From: a bacterium | GTDB lineage: Bacteria > Chloroflexota > Dormibacteria > Aeolococcales > Bog-877 | Length of the DNA stretch: 34,483 bases | Reading direction: 5' to 3' | NCBI GenBank assembly: GCA_021844355.1 | Contig: JAKBTP010000101.1 | Coordinates: 1 to 34,483, forward strand | Shown here: positions 1 through 7,193 of the stretch, piece after piece | How the letters are laid out: each line of letters starts with the position of its first letter | Position numbering within the stretch: the first letter of the stretch is position 1 | Notes under the pieces: model-generated | Told to the model about the DNA's origin: nothing | What the model saw: only the letters and a program-made list of their open reading frames with translations | Databases searched by the model: none | Made by a program: the position numbers and the translations under genes

Positions 1-233
1 CCGGAGCGCCACTCTCCGTGGACGGCCTCCCGGCCAGGATGGAGCAGGGAGCGAATGCCATCCCCGTCTGCCGTGGGCTCGGAGCAGGCAGCGGCGTCTC
101 GGTGGTGGTGGCTCGTCCCCAGGCCCCTGGCAACTACTTCGAGTTCACCGCCTGCATGCGCGGTCCGCACCTCGGCGACGAGACCTCCCTGGCCATGGCG
201 ATGCTGAACTCCGCGCGATTCAGCGCCGGCTGA
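1..233 (+). CDS. 3' end of a hypothetical protein (truncated by window start)
   Basis: Open frame from the window edge to TGA at 231-233 with GC-rich third positions (...NYFEFTACMRGPHLGDETSLAMAMLNSARFSAG); no family recognised. Confidence 0.45.
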   Translation, partial: GAPLSVDGLPARMEQGANAIPVCRGLGAGSGVSVVVARPQAPGNYFEFTACMRGPHLGDETSLAMAMLNSARFSAG

Positions 234-411
234 CCTCCCCCGCCGACCGCCGGCGAAGAGCGCCTAGCCCTCCTCCAATCGGTGGCGGTATGGAGGACGG
301 CGAGGCTGGAGCTTGACTAGGCCGGCTCTGGATGCTTGAGTACGCGCAGCGCGGCCAGAGCCGCCCCCGGCATCTGCCCTGTGCGCTCGCCCGCCTCGGA
401 GGTCGTCGCCG

Positions 412-978
412 ATGGTGTATCAGATCCGTCCCCTGGATTCCTCCACCTGGGAGGCGTTCGCGGAGCTGGTGGAGCGCAACAACGGGATTTTCGGGGGCTG
501 CTGGTGCATCGGGTATCACCCGGAGTGTGGCCAGCGGGGGATCAGCTACCGGGCGGTGAAGGAGCGCCGGGTCCGCAGCGGTGAGGCGCACGCCGCCCTG
601 GTCTTCGACGGAGATGGCCGGGCCCAAGGATGGTGCCAGTTCGGCGACCCTGAGGAGCTCTCCAACATCAAGCACGCGCGGGAGTACTTCAAGGACGCGC
701 CGCCTCGTCCGGACTGGCGGATCACCTGCTTCTACGTCGACCGGCGGCACCGCCGCCAGGGCATTGCCCGGGCGGCGCTGGAGGGAGCGCTCGAGGAGAT
801 CGCCCGCTGTGGCGGTGGTCTGGTGGAGGCGATTCCTGAGGTCACTGCCGGCCGCGAGGCCCAGGGGCGCTTCCTCTTCAGCGCAAGCGTCGAACTCTTC
901 GAGGAGCATGGCTTCACCAGGGTCCGCCAGGTGGGGAAACACGCGTGGATCGTGAGCCGCACCGTACATCCCAGCTGA
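412..978 (+). CDS. GNAT family N-acetyltransferase
   Basis: 188 aa; GCWC near the N-terminus, WRITCFYVDRRHRRQGIARAAL acetyl-CoA-binding motif (R/QxxGxA), C-terminal LFEEHGF; GGAGG upstream. Confidence 0.9.
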   Translation: MVYQIRPLDSSTWEAFAELVERNNGIFGGCWCIGYHPECGQRGISYRAVKERRVRSGEAHAALVFDGDGRAQGWCQFGDPEELSNIKHAREYFKDAPPRPDWRITCFYVDRRHRRQGIARAALEGALEEIARCGGGLVEAIPEVTAGREAQGRFLFSASVELFEEHGFTRVRQVGKHAWIVSRTVHPS

Positions 979-1006
979 GCTGGGGCGGTCACGCCCGGGG
1001 ACGCCC

Positions 1007-1447
1007 CTAGTGGCAGGAGTGCCCGTACAGACGCGCCACGGCCCGTTCGGCTGCCGCGCGCACCCGCGGCACGGGATCTTCCATCATCACGACGATGGCG
1101 CTCAGGGCCTCTTCCGGGCACTGCCGCGCGACAACCTTGGCTGCCATTTCGCGGACCCGCCACGCGGGGTCGGCGGTGGCACGCATGACCGCGGGCACCG
1201 CCGCCGGGTCCCACGCGTACAGGAGTCCCCGGCACCCCCAAACCCGCGGCCAGTAGCCATCCCTGCCCCCCTCGCGGCCGGACAGGACGAGGTCTGCGTG
1301 CGGGCCCCCGAGTGCCCGGACCAGGTCATCGTCGGCGCCGTGTCCTTCAAGCAGCTCGATGCAGCCGGCGACCACCGACGGCTTGCCCCGGTGTGCGCAC
1401 TCGGCCTCCACGCTCTGCCTCGGAGTAATGCCCCAAATGCTCCGCAC
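1007..1447 (-). CDS. HEAT-repeat domain protein
   Basis: 146 aa with two HEAT-like units (ATADPAWRVREMAAKVVA; MEDPVPRVRAAAERAVARL); -10-like CAGACT 6 nt before the GTG. Confidence 0.75.
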   Translation of the reverse strand: MRSIWGITPRQSVEAECAHRGKPSVVAGCIELLEGHGADDDLVRALGGPHADLVLSGREGGRDGYWPRVWGCRGLLYAWDPAAVPAVMRATADPAWRVREMAAKVVARQCPEEALSAIVVMMEDPVPRVRAAAERAVARLYGHSCH

Positions 1448-1574
1448 TGCGCCAGTCTGCCTGAAAGAAGTGGACAGGATGGCGACCCTTTGGGGCCGCT
1501 ACCTCAGACACCCACTGTCCGCGCCGCTGCGTCGGGCAGAGCGGGTGCCGGTCCGGTGGGCACCGGCGAAGGCG

Positions 1575-1994
1575 CTATGCCCTTCTGCCGAGCCAGCGGA
1601 CGGTGACTCCTGCCTCCTCTGCCACTCGGAACTCAGGGTCACCTGTGAGCACTGGGCAATCGAGCACCGATGCGGCGGCGGCGGCGAAGGCGTCGGCATA
1701 GCTGATCCCGCCCCGCGCCTTGATGGCAGCTGCCCGGCGCACGAGAGTGTCATCGGTGCCGATCCAGCGAATCGGCACCCCGTCGGCCCGGGTCTCGGCG
1801 CGAAGATTCGCCCACACCTCGTCTGCTGCTCGGGCTCCGGAAGCGCGTTCGAGGATGTAGGCGATCTCTCCGAGGTTGACCAGGGTCATCCACGGCTCAC
1901 CGGTCCGCAGGATCTCCTCGACCTCCTCCCACCCAGGTTCCTGCCCGAGAAAGGTGAGGATCGCGTGGGCGTCCAGGACGACGCGATCAGCCAT
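1575..1994 (-). CDS. vapC: VapC-family PIN-domain ribonuclease toxin (type II TA)
   Basis: 139 aa; VVLDAHA N-terminal PIN Asp, NLGE Glu, ISYADAFA and VLTGDPEF acidic motifs; start overlaps the antitoxin stop. Confidence 0.9.
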   Translation of the reverse strand: MADRVVLDAHAILTFLGQEPGWEEVEEILRTGEPWMTLVNLGEIAYILERASGARAADEVWANLRAETRADGVPIRWIGTDDTLVRRAAAIKARGGISYADAFAAAAASVLDCPVLTGDPEFRVAEEAGVTVRWLGRRA

Positions 1995-2214
1995 CCTCGC
2001 GCTTGCGATCCCGGGCGCGCTCCTTCAGCAGCGTTGCGGTCAGCGTGCCACCGTGGAAGCGCCCCCGCAACTGCTCCACCGAGAGCAGCGGCTTGGGAAC
2101 CAGGTCGCCGCCTCGCTCCAACCACACCACCTTCGTGCCTGGCGGGAACCCGTAGCGGTTGCGCAGCGGCTCGGGGATGGTGACCTGCCCCTTCGGGTTT
2201 ACCGTGGTGACCAT
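1987..2214 (-). CDS. AbrB/MazE/SpoVT-family antitoxin
   Basis: 75 aa from ATG at 2214 (MVTTVNPKGQVTIPEPLRNRYGFPPGTKV, AbrB signature KGQVTIP..LR); GGAGGT SD upstream; directly upstream of the PIN toxin with an 8-bp overlap. Confidence 0.88.
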   Translation of the reverse strand: MVTTVNPKGQVTIPEPLRNRYGFPPGTKVVWLERGGDLVPKPLLSVEQLRGRFHGGTLTATLLKERARDRKREDG

Positions 2215-2233
2215 TCGTATTACCTCCGCTCTC

Positions 2234-2260
2234 AGTGTACTACGGAGCCGGACCTGTAGT
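2234..2260 (-). promoter_or_regulatory. Putative TA operon promoter (-10 TACACT) with short inverted repeat
   Basis: Minus-strand TACACT (plus agtgta 2234-2239) just upstream of the antitoxin SD; ACTAC (2239-2243)/GTAGT (2256-2260) inverted pair could be an autorepression site. Confidence 0.35.
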
Positions 2261-2395
2261 GATCGGCGGAGTCCGCTGGCGCAGGCGAGTGTCTCGGCAC
2301 CCCCACTCGGCTGTCCCCGTCGGTGGCGAGAGCAAGCCCCGGTCGCGAGGCGACCAACAGCGCCCTGCGCCTTTGACACCTCGGAATCGCACCCA

Positions 2396-2414
2396 ACTTG
2401 CAACTCTTGCAAGT
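2396..2414. repeat. Perfect 8-3-8 inverted repeat ACTTGCAA-ctc-TTGCAAGT
   Basis: Read directly; an AT-rich palindrome in a GC-rich context, about 40 bp past the tRNA-Gln 3' end. Confidence 0.6.
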
Positions 2415-2456
2415 GGTTCATGCCAAGGAGTCAGGTGCTCCTGTCGAAGTGGGGCG

Positions 2457-2528
2457 CTGGGGCGGGAGGGGTCGAACCTCCGATCTCCTGATCCAGAGTC
2501 AGGCGCCTTACCACTTGGCCACGCCCCA
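2457..2528 (-). tRNA. tRNA-Gln(CTG)
   Basis: Reverse complement TGGGGCGTGGCCAAGTGGTAAGGCGCCTGACTCTGGATCAGGAGATCGGAGGTTCGACCCCTCCCGCCCCAG: acceptor TGGGGCG/CGCCCCA, anticodon stem CCTGA/TCAGG with CTG, GGTTCGA T-loop; CCA not encoded. Confidence 0.97.
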
Positions 2529-2570
2529 ATGGCGGCCGGGACCGCCCAGGTCAGATACTAACTGCCCGCC

Positions 2571-4061
2571 TCAGAGATCAGCCGAGCCTCGCAGCTCCTC
2601 AAGGGCGCGCCGCAGCCTTCGGTCCACCACATCCGGGCCCAGGAGGCGGGCACAGGCGTCGAGCGGAGGAGAGACCTCCTGCCCGGTCAGGGCGATCCGC
2701 ACCACCCGCATCAGGCGGCGGACCTCGGCCTTGGCTCCGACCGCGGAGCTCGCCGCCGCAGAGCTGGCCAGGGCACGGAGCGCGTCCATGAGGCCACCCG
2801 GGCCGCGCTGGAACACCGGCAGGGCGGTCTCGAGGAAGTCATGTGCAGCCATTCGGGAGAGTGACCCGTGAAGCATGCTGGCGCTCGGCTCCGGGTCGGT
2901 CCAAGCGAAGGCCAGCAGGCCGGGCACCTCGTCGAGCCTCCGTATCCGCTCCTGCACCATCTCCGCGATGGGCTCGAGCTGCTCCGCCGACGCCTGGGGC
3001 AGGAACGGACCCAGCCTGCGGCCCAGCTCTCCGGGGCTCAGCCGGCGGATCCAGACACCGTTCAGGTAGTCGAGCCGCTGCCCATCGAAGACCGCTGGGC
3101 TGGACTGGAGCCGCTCGAAGGTCATCCTGGCACGAAGTTCGGAGAGGGTGAAGACCTCCTCCTCGGTCCCCGGGGACCATCCCAGGAAGGCCAGGAAGTT
3201 GACGAGCGCCTCGGGAAGATAGCCCATCTCCCGGTACTCTGAGACCGCGGCGGCCCCGTGGCGCTTGGCCAGCTTCTGGCGATCAGGGCCGAGGACCAGA
3301 GGAACGTGGGCCAGTTCAGGGGGACTCCACCCCAGTGCTCGGTAGAGCACCAGGTGCTTGGGGGTGGAGGGGAGCCACTCCACCGCCCGCACCACGTGGG
3401 TCACCCCCATCAGGTGGTCGTCGACTACGTGGGCGAGGTGGTAGGTGGGGTAGCCGTCGGACTTGAGGAGCACCTGGTCGTCGATCTCGGCGTTGTCGAA
3501 GCGCTGAGGGCCGAGTACCAGGTCATCCCATGCCGACTCGCCCTCCGGCATCCGCAAGCGGACAACTTCGGGCCGCCCCTCAGCACGCAACTCAGACACC
3601 TCGTCCGGGCTCAGGTGTAAGCAGCGGCGGTCATACCGGGTGGGAAGCCCGCCCGCCCGCTGAGCGGCCCTCAGCTCCTCGAGCCTCTCCCGGCTGCAGA
3701 AGCAGGGGTAGGCGTTCCCTTCGGCCACCAGCTGGTCGGCGGCCGTCCGGTAGAGCGGCAGCCGCTCGGACTCCACGTAAGGGGCGCACGGCCCGCCCAG
3801 GTCGGGTCCCTCGTCCCACAGGAGGCCCAACCAGCGCAGCTCCGCCTGATACTCCAGGACGGACTCCGGGCGGTAGCGCTCCCGGTCGGTGTCCTCAATC
3901 CGCAGCAAAAAGCGCCCCTCGGGGCCGGCCAGGCAGTAGTTGAAGAGGGCCGTGCGCACATTGCCGATGTGCAGGGCGCCCGTGGGGCTGGGCGCGAAGC
4001 GCAGGCGCCGCCGGCCGGGAAGTGAGCTTGGCGTTGGCAGGGACGCCGGGCCCTCGCTCAA
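2571..4061 (-). CDS. gltX: Glutamate--tRNA ligase
   Basis: RFAPSPTGALHIGN (HIGH), LRIEDTD, CFC...YDRRC Zn motif, PTYHLAHVVDDH, KLAKR (KMSKS equivalent); likely TTG start at 4061 overlapping the upstream stop (TTGA). Confidence 0.96.
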   Translation of the reverse strand: MSEGPASLPTPSSLPGRRRLRFAPSPTGALHIGNVRTALFNYCLAGPEGRFLLRIEDTDRERYRPESVLEYQAELRWLGLLWDEGPDLGGPCAPYVESERLPLYRTAADQLVAEGNAYPCFCSRERLEELRAAQRAGGLPTRYDRRCLHLSPDEVSELRAEGRPEVVRLRMPEGESAWDDLVLGPQRFDNAEIDDQVLLKSDGYPTYHLAHVVDDHLMGVTHVVRAVEWLPSTPKHLVLYRALGWSPPELAHVPLVLGPDRQKLAKRHGAAAVSEYREMGYLPEALVNFLAFLGWSPGTEEEVFTLSELRARMTFERLQSSPAVFDGQRLDYLNGVWIRRLSPGELGRRLGPFLPQASAEQLEPIAEMVQERIRRLDEVPGLLAFAWTDPEPSASMLHGSLSRMAAHDFLETALPVFQRGPGGLMDALRALASSAAASSAVGAKAEVRRLMRVVRIALTGQEVSPPLDACARLLGPDVVDRRLRRALEELRGSADL

Positions 4062-4324
4062 TGGTGCAGGACGATCAGATAGATGCCCATCGACAGGCAG
4101 CTGGCCAGGAGCAGGGCACCTGCCACGAGCCAGCCCTCCAGCCGGGAGGTCCGGAAGGTCACGTCGGCGCGGGCGTCGCTGCTCACCGCCACTCCCTCGG
4201 TGCCCAGGTTGGGGTACCTGGCCCTTAGGGCCGCTGGACCACTCTTCGCGGCGTCGGGCGCGTTCGTCTCGGGAGTCGATCTGCTGGGGTCGGGCCGACG
4301 GCGCCCGCTCCTTGTCTCGGCCAC
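4058..4324 (-). CDS. Small hypothetical single-pass membrane protein
   Basis: 88 aa, C-terminal hydrophobic helix WLVAGALLLASCLSMGIYLIVL; TATACT 6 nt upstream of the GTG; stop overlaps the gltX start. Confidence 0.65.
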   Translation of the reverse strand: MAETRSGRRRPDPSRSTPETNAPDAAKSGPAALRARYPNLGTEGVAVSSDARADVTFRTSRLEGWLVAGALLLASCLSMGIYLIVLHH

Positions 4325-4330
4325 CCTGCG

Positions 4331-4336
4331 AGTATA
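4331..4336 (-). promoter_or_regulatory. -10 element (TATACT) for a leaderless ORF88-gltX-tRNA-Gln transcript
   Basis: Plus agtata 4331-4336 reads TATACT on minus, exactly 6 nt before GTG 4324; no SD present. Confidence 0.55.
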
Positions 4337-4353
4337 GGCAACATCCCATCGCC

Positions 4354-4425
4354 GCCCGCATCGTCTAGCGGTCAGGACATCACCCTTTCAAGGTGGTAAC
4401 CGGGGTTCGACTCCCCGTGCGGGTA
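4354..4425 (+). tRNA. tRNA-Glu(TTC)
   Basis: GCCCGCATCGTCTAGCGGTCAGGACATCACCCTTTCAAGGTGGTAACCGGGGTTCGACTCCCCGTGCGGGTA: acceptor GCCCGCA/TGCGGGT, anticodon loop CTTTCAA, GGTTCGA; CCA not encoded. Confidence 0.97.
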
Positions 4426-4562
4426 GGGGGCCCCGTGCCCGGTGAGCTCAAGAGGCGGCTGGTAGGTGCGCTCGGGGTGGGTTCGCGAGAGGCGGCGGGT
4501 GAGTCTGGAATGCTGCGGCGCTCCCGGCGCCATGGGCCGGCGGCGGCGGAGCGGCTGAGCTC

Positions 4563-4602
4563 AAAGAAAGGCGAAGCCGCCGGGAAGATCGGCGGCGGTG
4601 CC
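4563..4602 (-). terminator. Intrinsic terminator-like hairpin with U-tract
   Basis: Minus strand GGC-ACC-GCCGCCG-ATCTTCC-CGGCGGC-TTC-GCC-TTTCTTT. Confidence 0.6.
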
Positions 4603-4698
4603 GACTTTGCTCCGGGGCACGCCAAGGTAGTTACCACCGGGTCGCAGGTTAGGTGGGCTCGCGAGATCTCCCCGACCTTGTGTGCCGACATCCGCCGC
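4563..4698 (-). ncRNA. Candidate structured small RNA or attenuator of unassigned family
   Basis: Several nested complementary segments in an intergenic region, some relying on G-U pairs valid only on the minus strand, followed by a terminator; no family recognised with certainty. Confidence 0.4.
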
Positions 4699-4833
4699 GT
4701 GCGTGCACAGGTCCCGCCCGAGCCCTCCTGGGCCGGGGCCCCGCAGCTGACCGCGGGCCCGCCCTGGGTCACTCCCCGGAGCAGACGGGGCGGGATCCCC
4801 CATCCCCCACGTCGGTGCTGGTAGTTTGCTGCC

Positions 4834-5316
4834 GTGCGGACCCATGAGTATCGGGCCACGGTCACCTGGACCGGGAACACCGACTCGGGTACCACTTCCT
4901 ACACCTCATACGGTCGGGACCACGAGGTGCGCGCGCCCAACCGGCCGCCGATCCTCGGGTCCTCCGATGCCGCCTTTCGGGGCGACCCCTTCCGGTACTC
5001 ACCAGAGGACCTCCTGGTCGCGGCCGTCAGCGCCTGCCACATGCTCTGGTACCTCCACCTCTGCGCCACGGCGGGCCTCTCCGCCACCGCGTACACAGAT
5101 GAGGTCGTCGGTGAGATGACAGAGCACCAGGACGGGAGCGGGGAGTTCCGGCGCGTGACATTGCGCCCCCGGGTCGAGCTGGCGCCCCCCGCCGACCTCG
5201 ACCTGGCGCTGGAGCTGCACCGCGAGGCTCACCGCCTCTGTTTCATCGCCCGTTCCGTCAACTTCGAGGTGCTATGCCAGCCGGAGGTCACGATCCGGGC
5301 CGGCGTGGGAAGCTGA
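4834..5316 (+). CDS. OsmC/Ohr-family protein
   Basis: 160 aa; SPEDLLVAAVSACHML and AHRLCFIARSV two-Cys motifs; extended -10 TGgTAGTTT 6 nt before the GTG. Confidence 0.9.
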   Translation: MRTHEYRATVTWTGNTDSGTTSYTSYGRDHEVRAPNRPPILGSSDAAFRGDPFRYSPEDLLVAAVSACHMLWYLHLCATAGLSATAYTDEVVGEMTEHQDGSGEFRRVTLRPRVELAPPADLDLALELHREAHRLCFIARSVNFEVLCQPEVTIRAGVGS

Positions 5317-5414
5317 CGTCGAATGTCGCGGCCAGCCGGGGCGCGGCGTGCGCCGCTCCGGGGTGAACCGTGGGCAGTCGTCCTCACACGGAGGTTGCGG
5401 GCCTCCCCAACCCC

Positions 5415-5753
5415 CTAGTCGCGCGAGCTGAGCAGTGCCGCGGCGCCGAGGACGGCTCCCGGCAGGGCCCGCAGCCGCCCCTTCCCCACCCGGAGATGGA
5501 TGGCGTACAGGATGAGGTTCCCCACTCCGCACCCTCGGGCCAGCACCCTTGCTGGGCCACTGCGTGGAGCGGCGCTGGCGGCCCCGCCCAGGGCCAGCCA
5601 CATCCCCAGGCCGGCGATCGAGCCCACTGCGCGTCCCGGCGACTGTCGGAACAGTGACCGTCGGCGGACCCACACGAAGTGGGCGACGTCCGCGGCCCCC
5701 AGCCACCCGACGACGGCGAGCCCCGTCACCTCGCCAGGCGACGGCGACCTCAT
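5415..5753 (-). CDS. Small hypothetical membrane protein
   Basis: 112 aa with 3-4 hydrophobic segments; ATG overlaps the PucR-gene stop (ATGA). Confidence 0.65.
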   Translation of the reverse strand: MRSPSPGEVTGLAVVGWLGAADVAHFVWVRRRSLFRQSPGRAVGSIAGLGMWLALGGAASAAPRSGPARVLARGCGVGNLILYAIHLRVGKGRLRALPGAVLGAAALLSSRD

Positions 5754-7063
5754 CCCGCCGTCACCGTGCGCTCGCGACCACCACCGCCCGGGGCGCGGGT
5801 GAGGTGGGGCGCCTCCGCCCCCGGCTCCGCGGTGCCCTGCAGGATCCGGTATCCGCGCAGAGCCAGCTCCAGGCGGAGGCGGTCGTCGGGGTCCTTCCAG
5901 TCCCCGACCAGCTCGCGGATCCTCTCGAGTCGGTACAGGAGAGTGTGGCGGTGAACATGGAGTTCCCGAGCCGCCTCACTGAGACCCCCTGCCGAGAGCA
6001 CCACCTCCAGGGTCTGGCGCAGGGGAGGACGGCGGCGCGACTCCCGCTCCAAAAGAGGGCCGAGGCTGGCGGCCACGAAGCCTTCCAGGCCGGGGAGGTC
6101 GTGGAGCCATCCGAGGTAGGGGTGGAGCCGGCTCCAGTCGTGGACCGCCTCCTCAGGCCGCAAGATGGCCCCCACCGTGAGGGCGTCGCGGGCGGCCCGC
6201 ACCGCCTGGGGAACGTCGGCGAGGTCCTGGGCCACAGGGCCCCGGGCGATCCTCCAGGGCAGCTGCTCGGCTTCGGTGGCGTTGCGCAGCGACCGTCGCA
6301 GGGTGGCGATCCGAACCGAGGTCGGGACCAGCGCCACCACCGCGGACTGGTAGAGGGCGACGTGCGCTCCCAGCGGCATCCACGAGGTGGCCACCGAGGC
6401 TTCCGCGCTGGTGTCCTCGGCCCCCACCACCACCACCTGGTACGGGAAGTTGAGCACCGTGCCGCCGGCCGCGGCCCGGGCCAGCGCCTCCTGGTCGGCC
6501 GTCCCCTGGATCACCTCGGCGAAGAACTGGTCGTACTGCCGGTCCTGCTCCCGCCGGGTGCGCTCGCGCGTCTCCAGGTAGCTGGTGCTCACCGCGGCGC
6601 TGATGCTGTCCAGGTAGTCGAAGAGCGGTCCCACCGCGGTCAGAACCGACTGCGCGTCGATCTCCGGATGGTTGCGCACCAACTCGATCACGTGCTGCCA
6701 GATGACCAGGGCGGCCACTCGGTACGCCCGCAGGATGGCGTCCAAGGGCACCCCGGTGGTGGCGAGCCGTCCGCCCATGCGCGAGAGCTGTTGCAGCTCC
6801 GGGCCCGAAGGGGGCCGAGATTCCGCCCACAGGGAGAGGAGCGTCGCCACCCCCTCCCGACAGGCCGCCAGCACCTCGCTGGAGAAGGCGGACCCACCGG
6901 CCACCCCCTCGGCGAGGGGAATCGTCCGGGCCATCTCGATCGCCATCCGCCGGGCCACCCGCTCCATCCGCTGACGGAGGGAGTCGATGATCACCGGGCT
7001 GACCGAGGGCATCCCCTCGTAGGTGCGGCGCGGGCGGCGGGGGCGGAGCAGGGCTACGGCCAC
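5750..7063 (-). CDS. PucR/CdaR-family transcriptional regulator
   Basis: C-terminal HTH LSEAARELHVHRHTLLYRLERIRELVG; N-terminal helical sensor-like region (GVPLDAILRAYRVA) and a central degenerate GGDEF-like segment. Confidence 0.88.
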   Translation of the reverse strand: MAVALLRPRRPRRTYEGMPSVSPVIIDSLRQRMERVARRMAIEMARTIPLAEGVAGGSAFSSEVLAACREGVATLLSLWAESRPPSGPELQQLSRMGGRLATTGVPLDAILRAYRVAALVIWQHVIELVRNHPEIDAQSVLTAVGPLFDYLDSISAAVSTSYLETRERTRREQDRQYDQFFAEVIQGTADQEALARAAAGGTVLNFPYQVVVVGAEDTSAEASVATSWMPLGAHVALYQSAVVALVPTSVRIATLRRSLRNATEAEQLPWRIARGPVAQDLADVPQAVRAARDALTVGAILRPEEAVHDWSRLHPYLGWLHDLPGLEGFVAASLGPLLERESRRRPPLRQTLEVVLSAGGLSEAARELHVHRHTLLYRLERIRELVGDWKDPDDRLRLELALRGYRILQGTAEPGAEAPHLTRAPGGGGRERTVTAG

Positions 7064-7193
7064 AGCCCATCCAGCATATGCCGATCCTCGGGGAGGGCCG
7101 CAGAGGTCGCGGCTTCCGCTGTGGGCGCCCCTGCTCGCTCCGGGCCCCTCCGGGTTAGACTCGAGAGGAGATGTGGGGCTCTGAGGCTCGCGG

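Noticed and set aside
4062-4361. 100-aa N-terminal extension of gltX in the ORF track (start 4361)
   Set aside because: It overlaps tRNA-Glu and the 88-aa ORF and is low-complexity; TTG 4061 gives a normal-length GluRS.
4443-4564. Two copies of TGAGCTCAA (4443-4451 and 4556-4564)
   Set aside because: Short and palindromic with no associated gene or further copies; cannot be distinguished from chance.
4563-4698. Assignment of the structured element as SRP RNA, T-box or FMN riboswitch
   Set aside because: There is no SRP S-domain (CAGG-x-GGAA-x-AGCAG), GGUGGUAAC is not a full T-box and no stem I is evident, and FMN-like words are only fragmentary. Left unassigned.
4561-4845. 94-aa minus-strand ORF whose tail (YLGVPRSKVGTAADLPGG) loosely resembles a lasso-peptide leader
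   Set aside because: It lacks the conserved Thr and a plausible core, no cyclase, peptidase or RRE genes are nearby, and it runs through a terminator hairpin.
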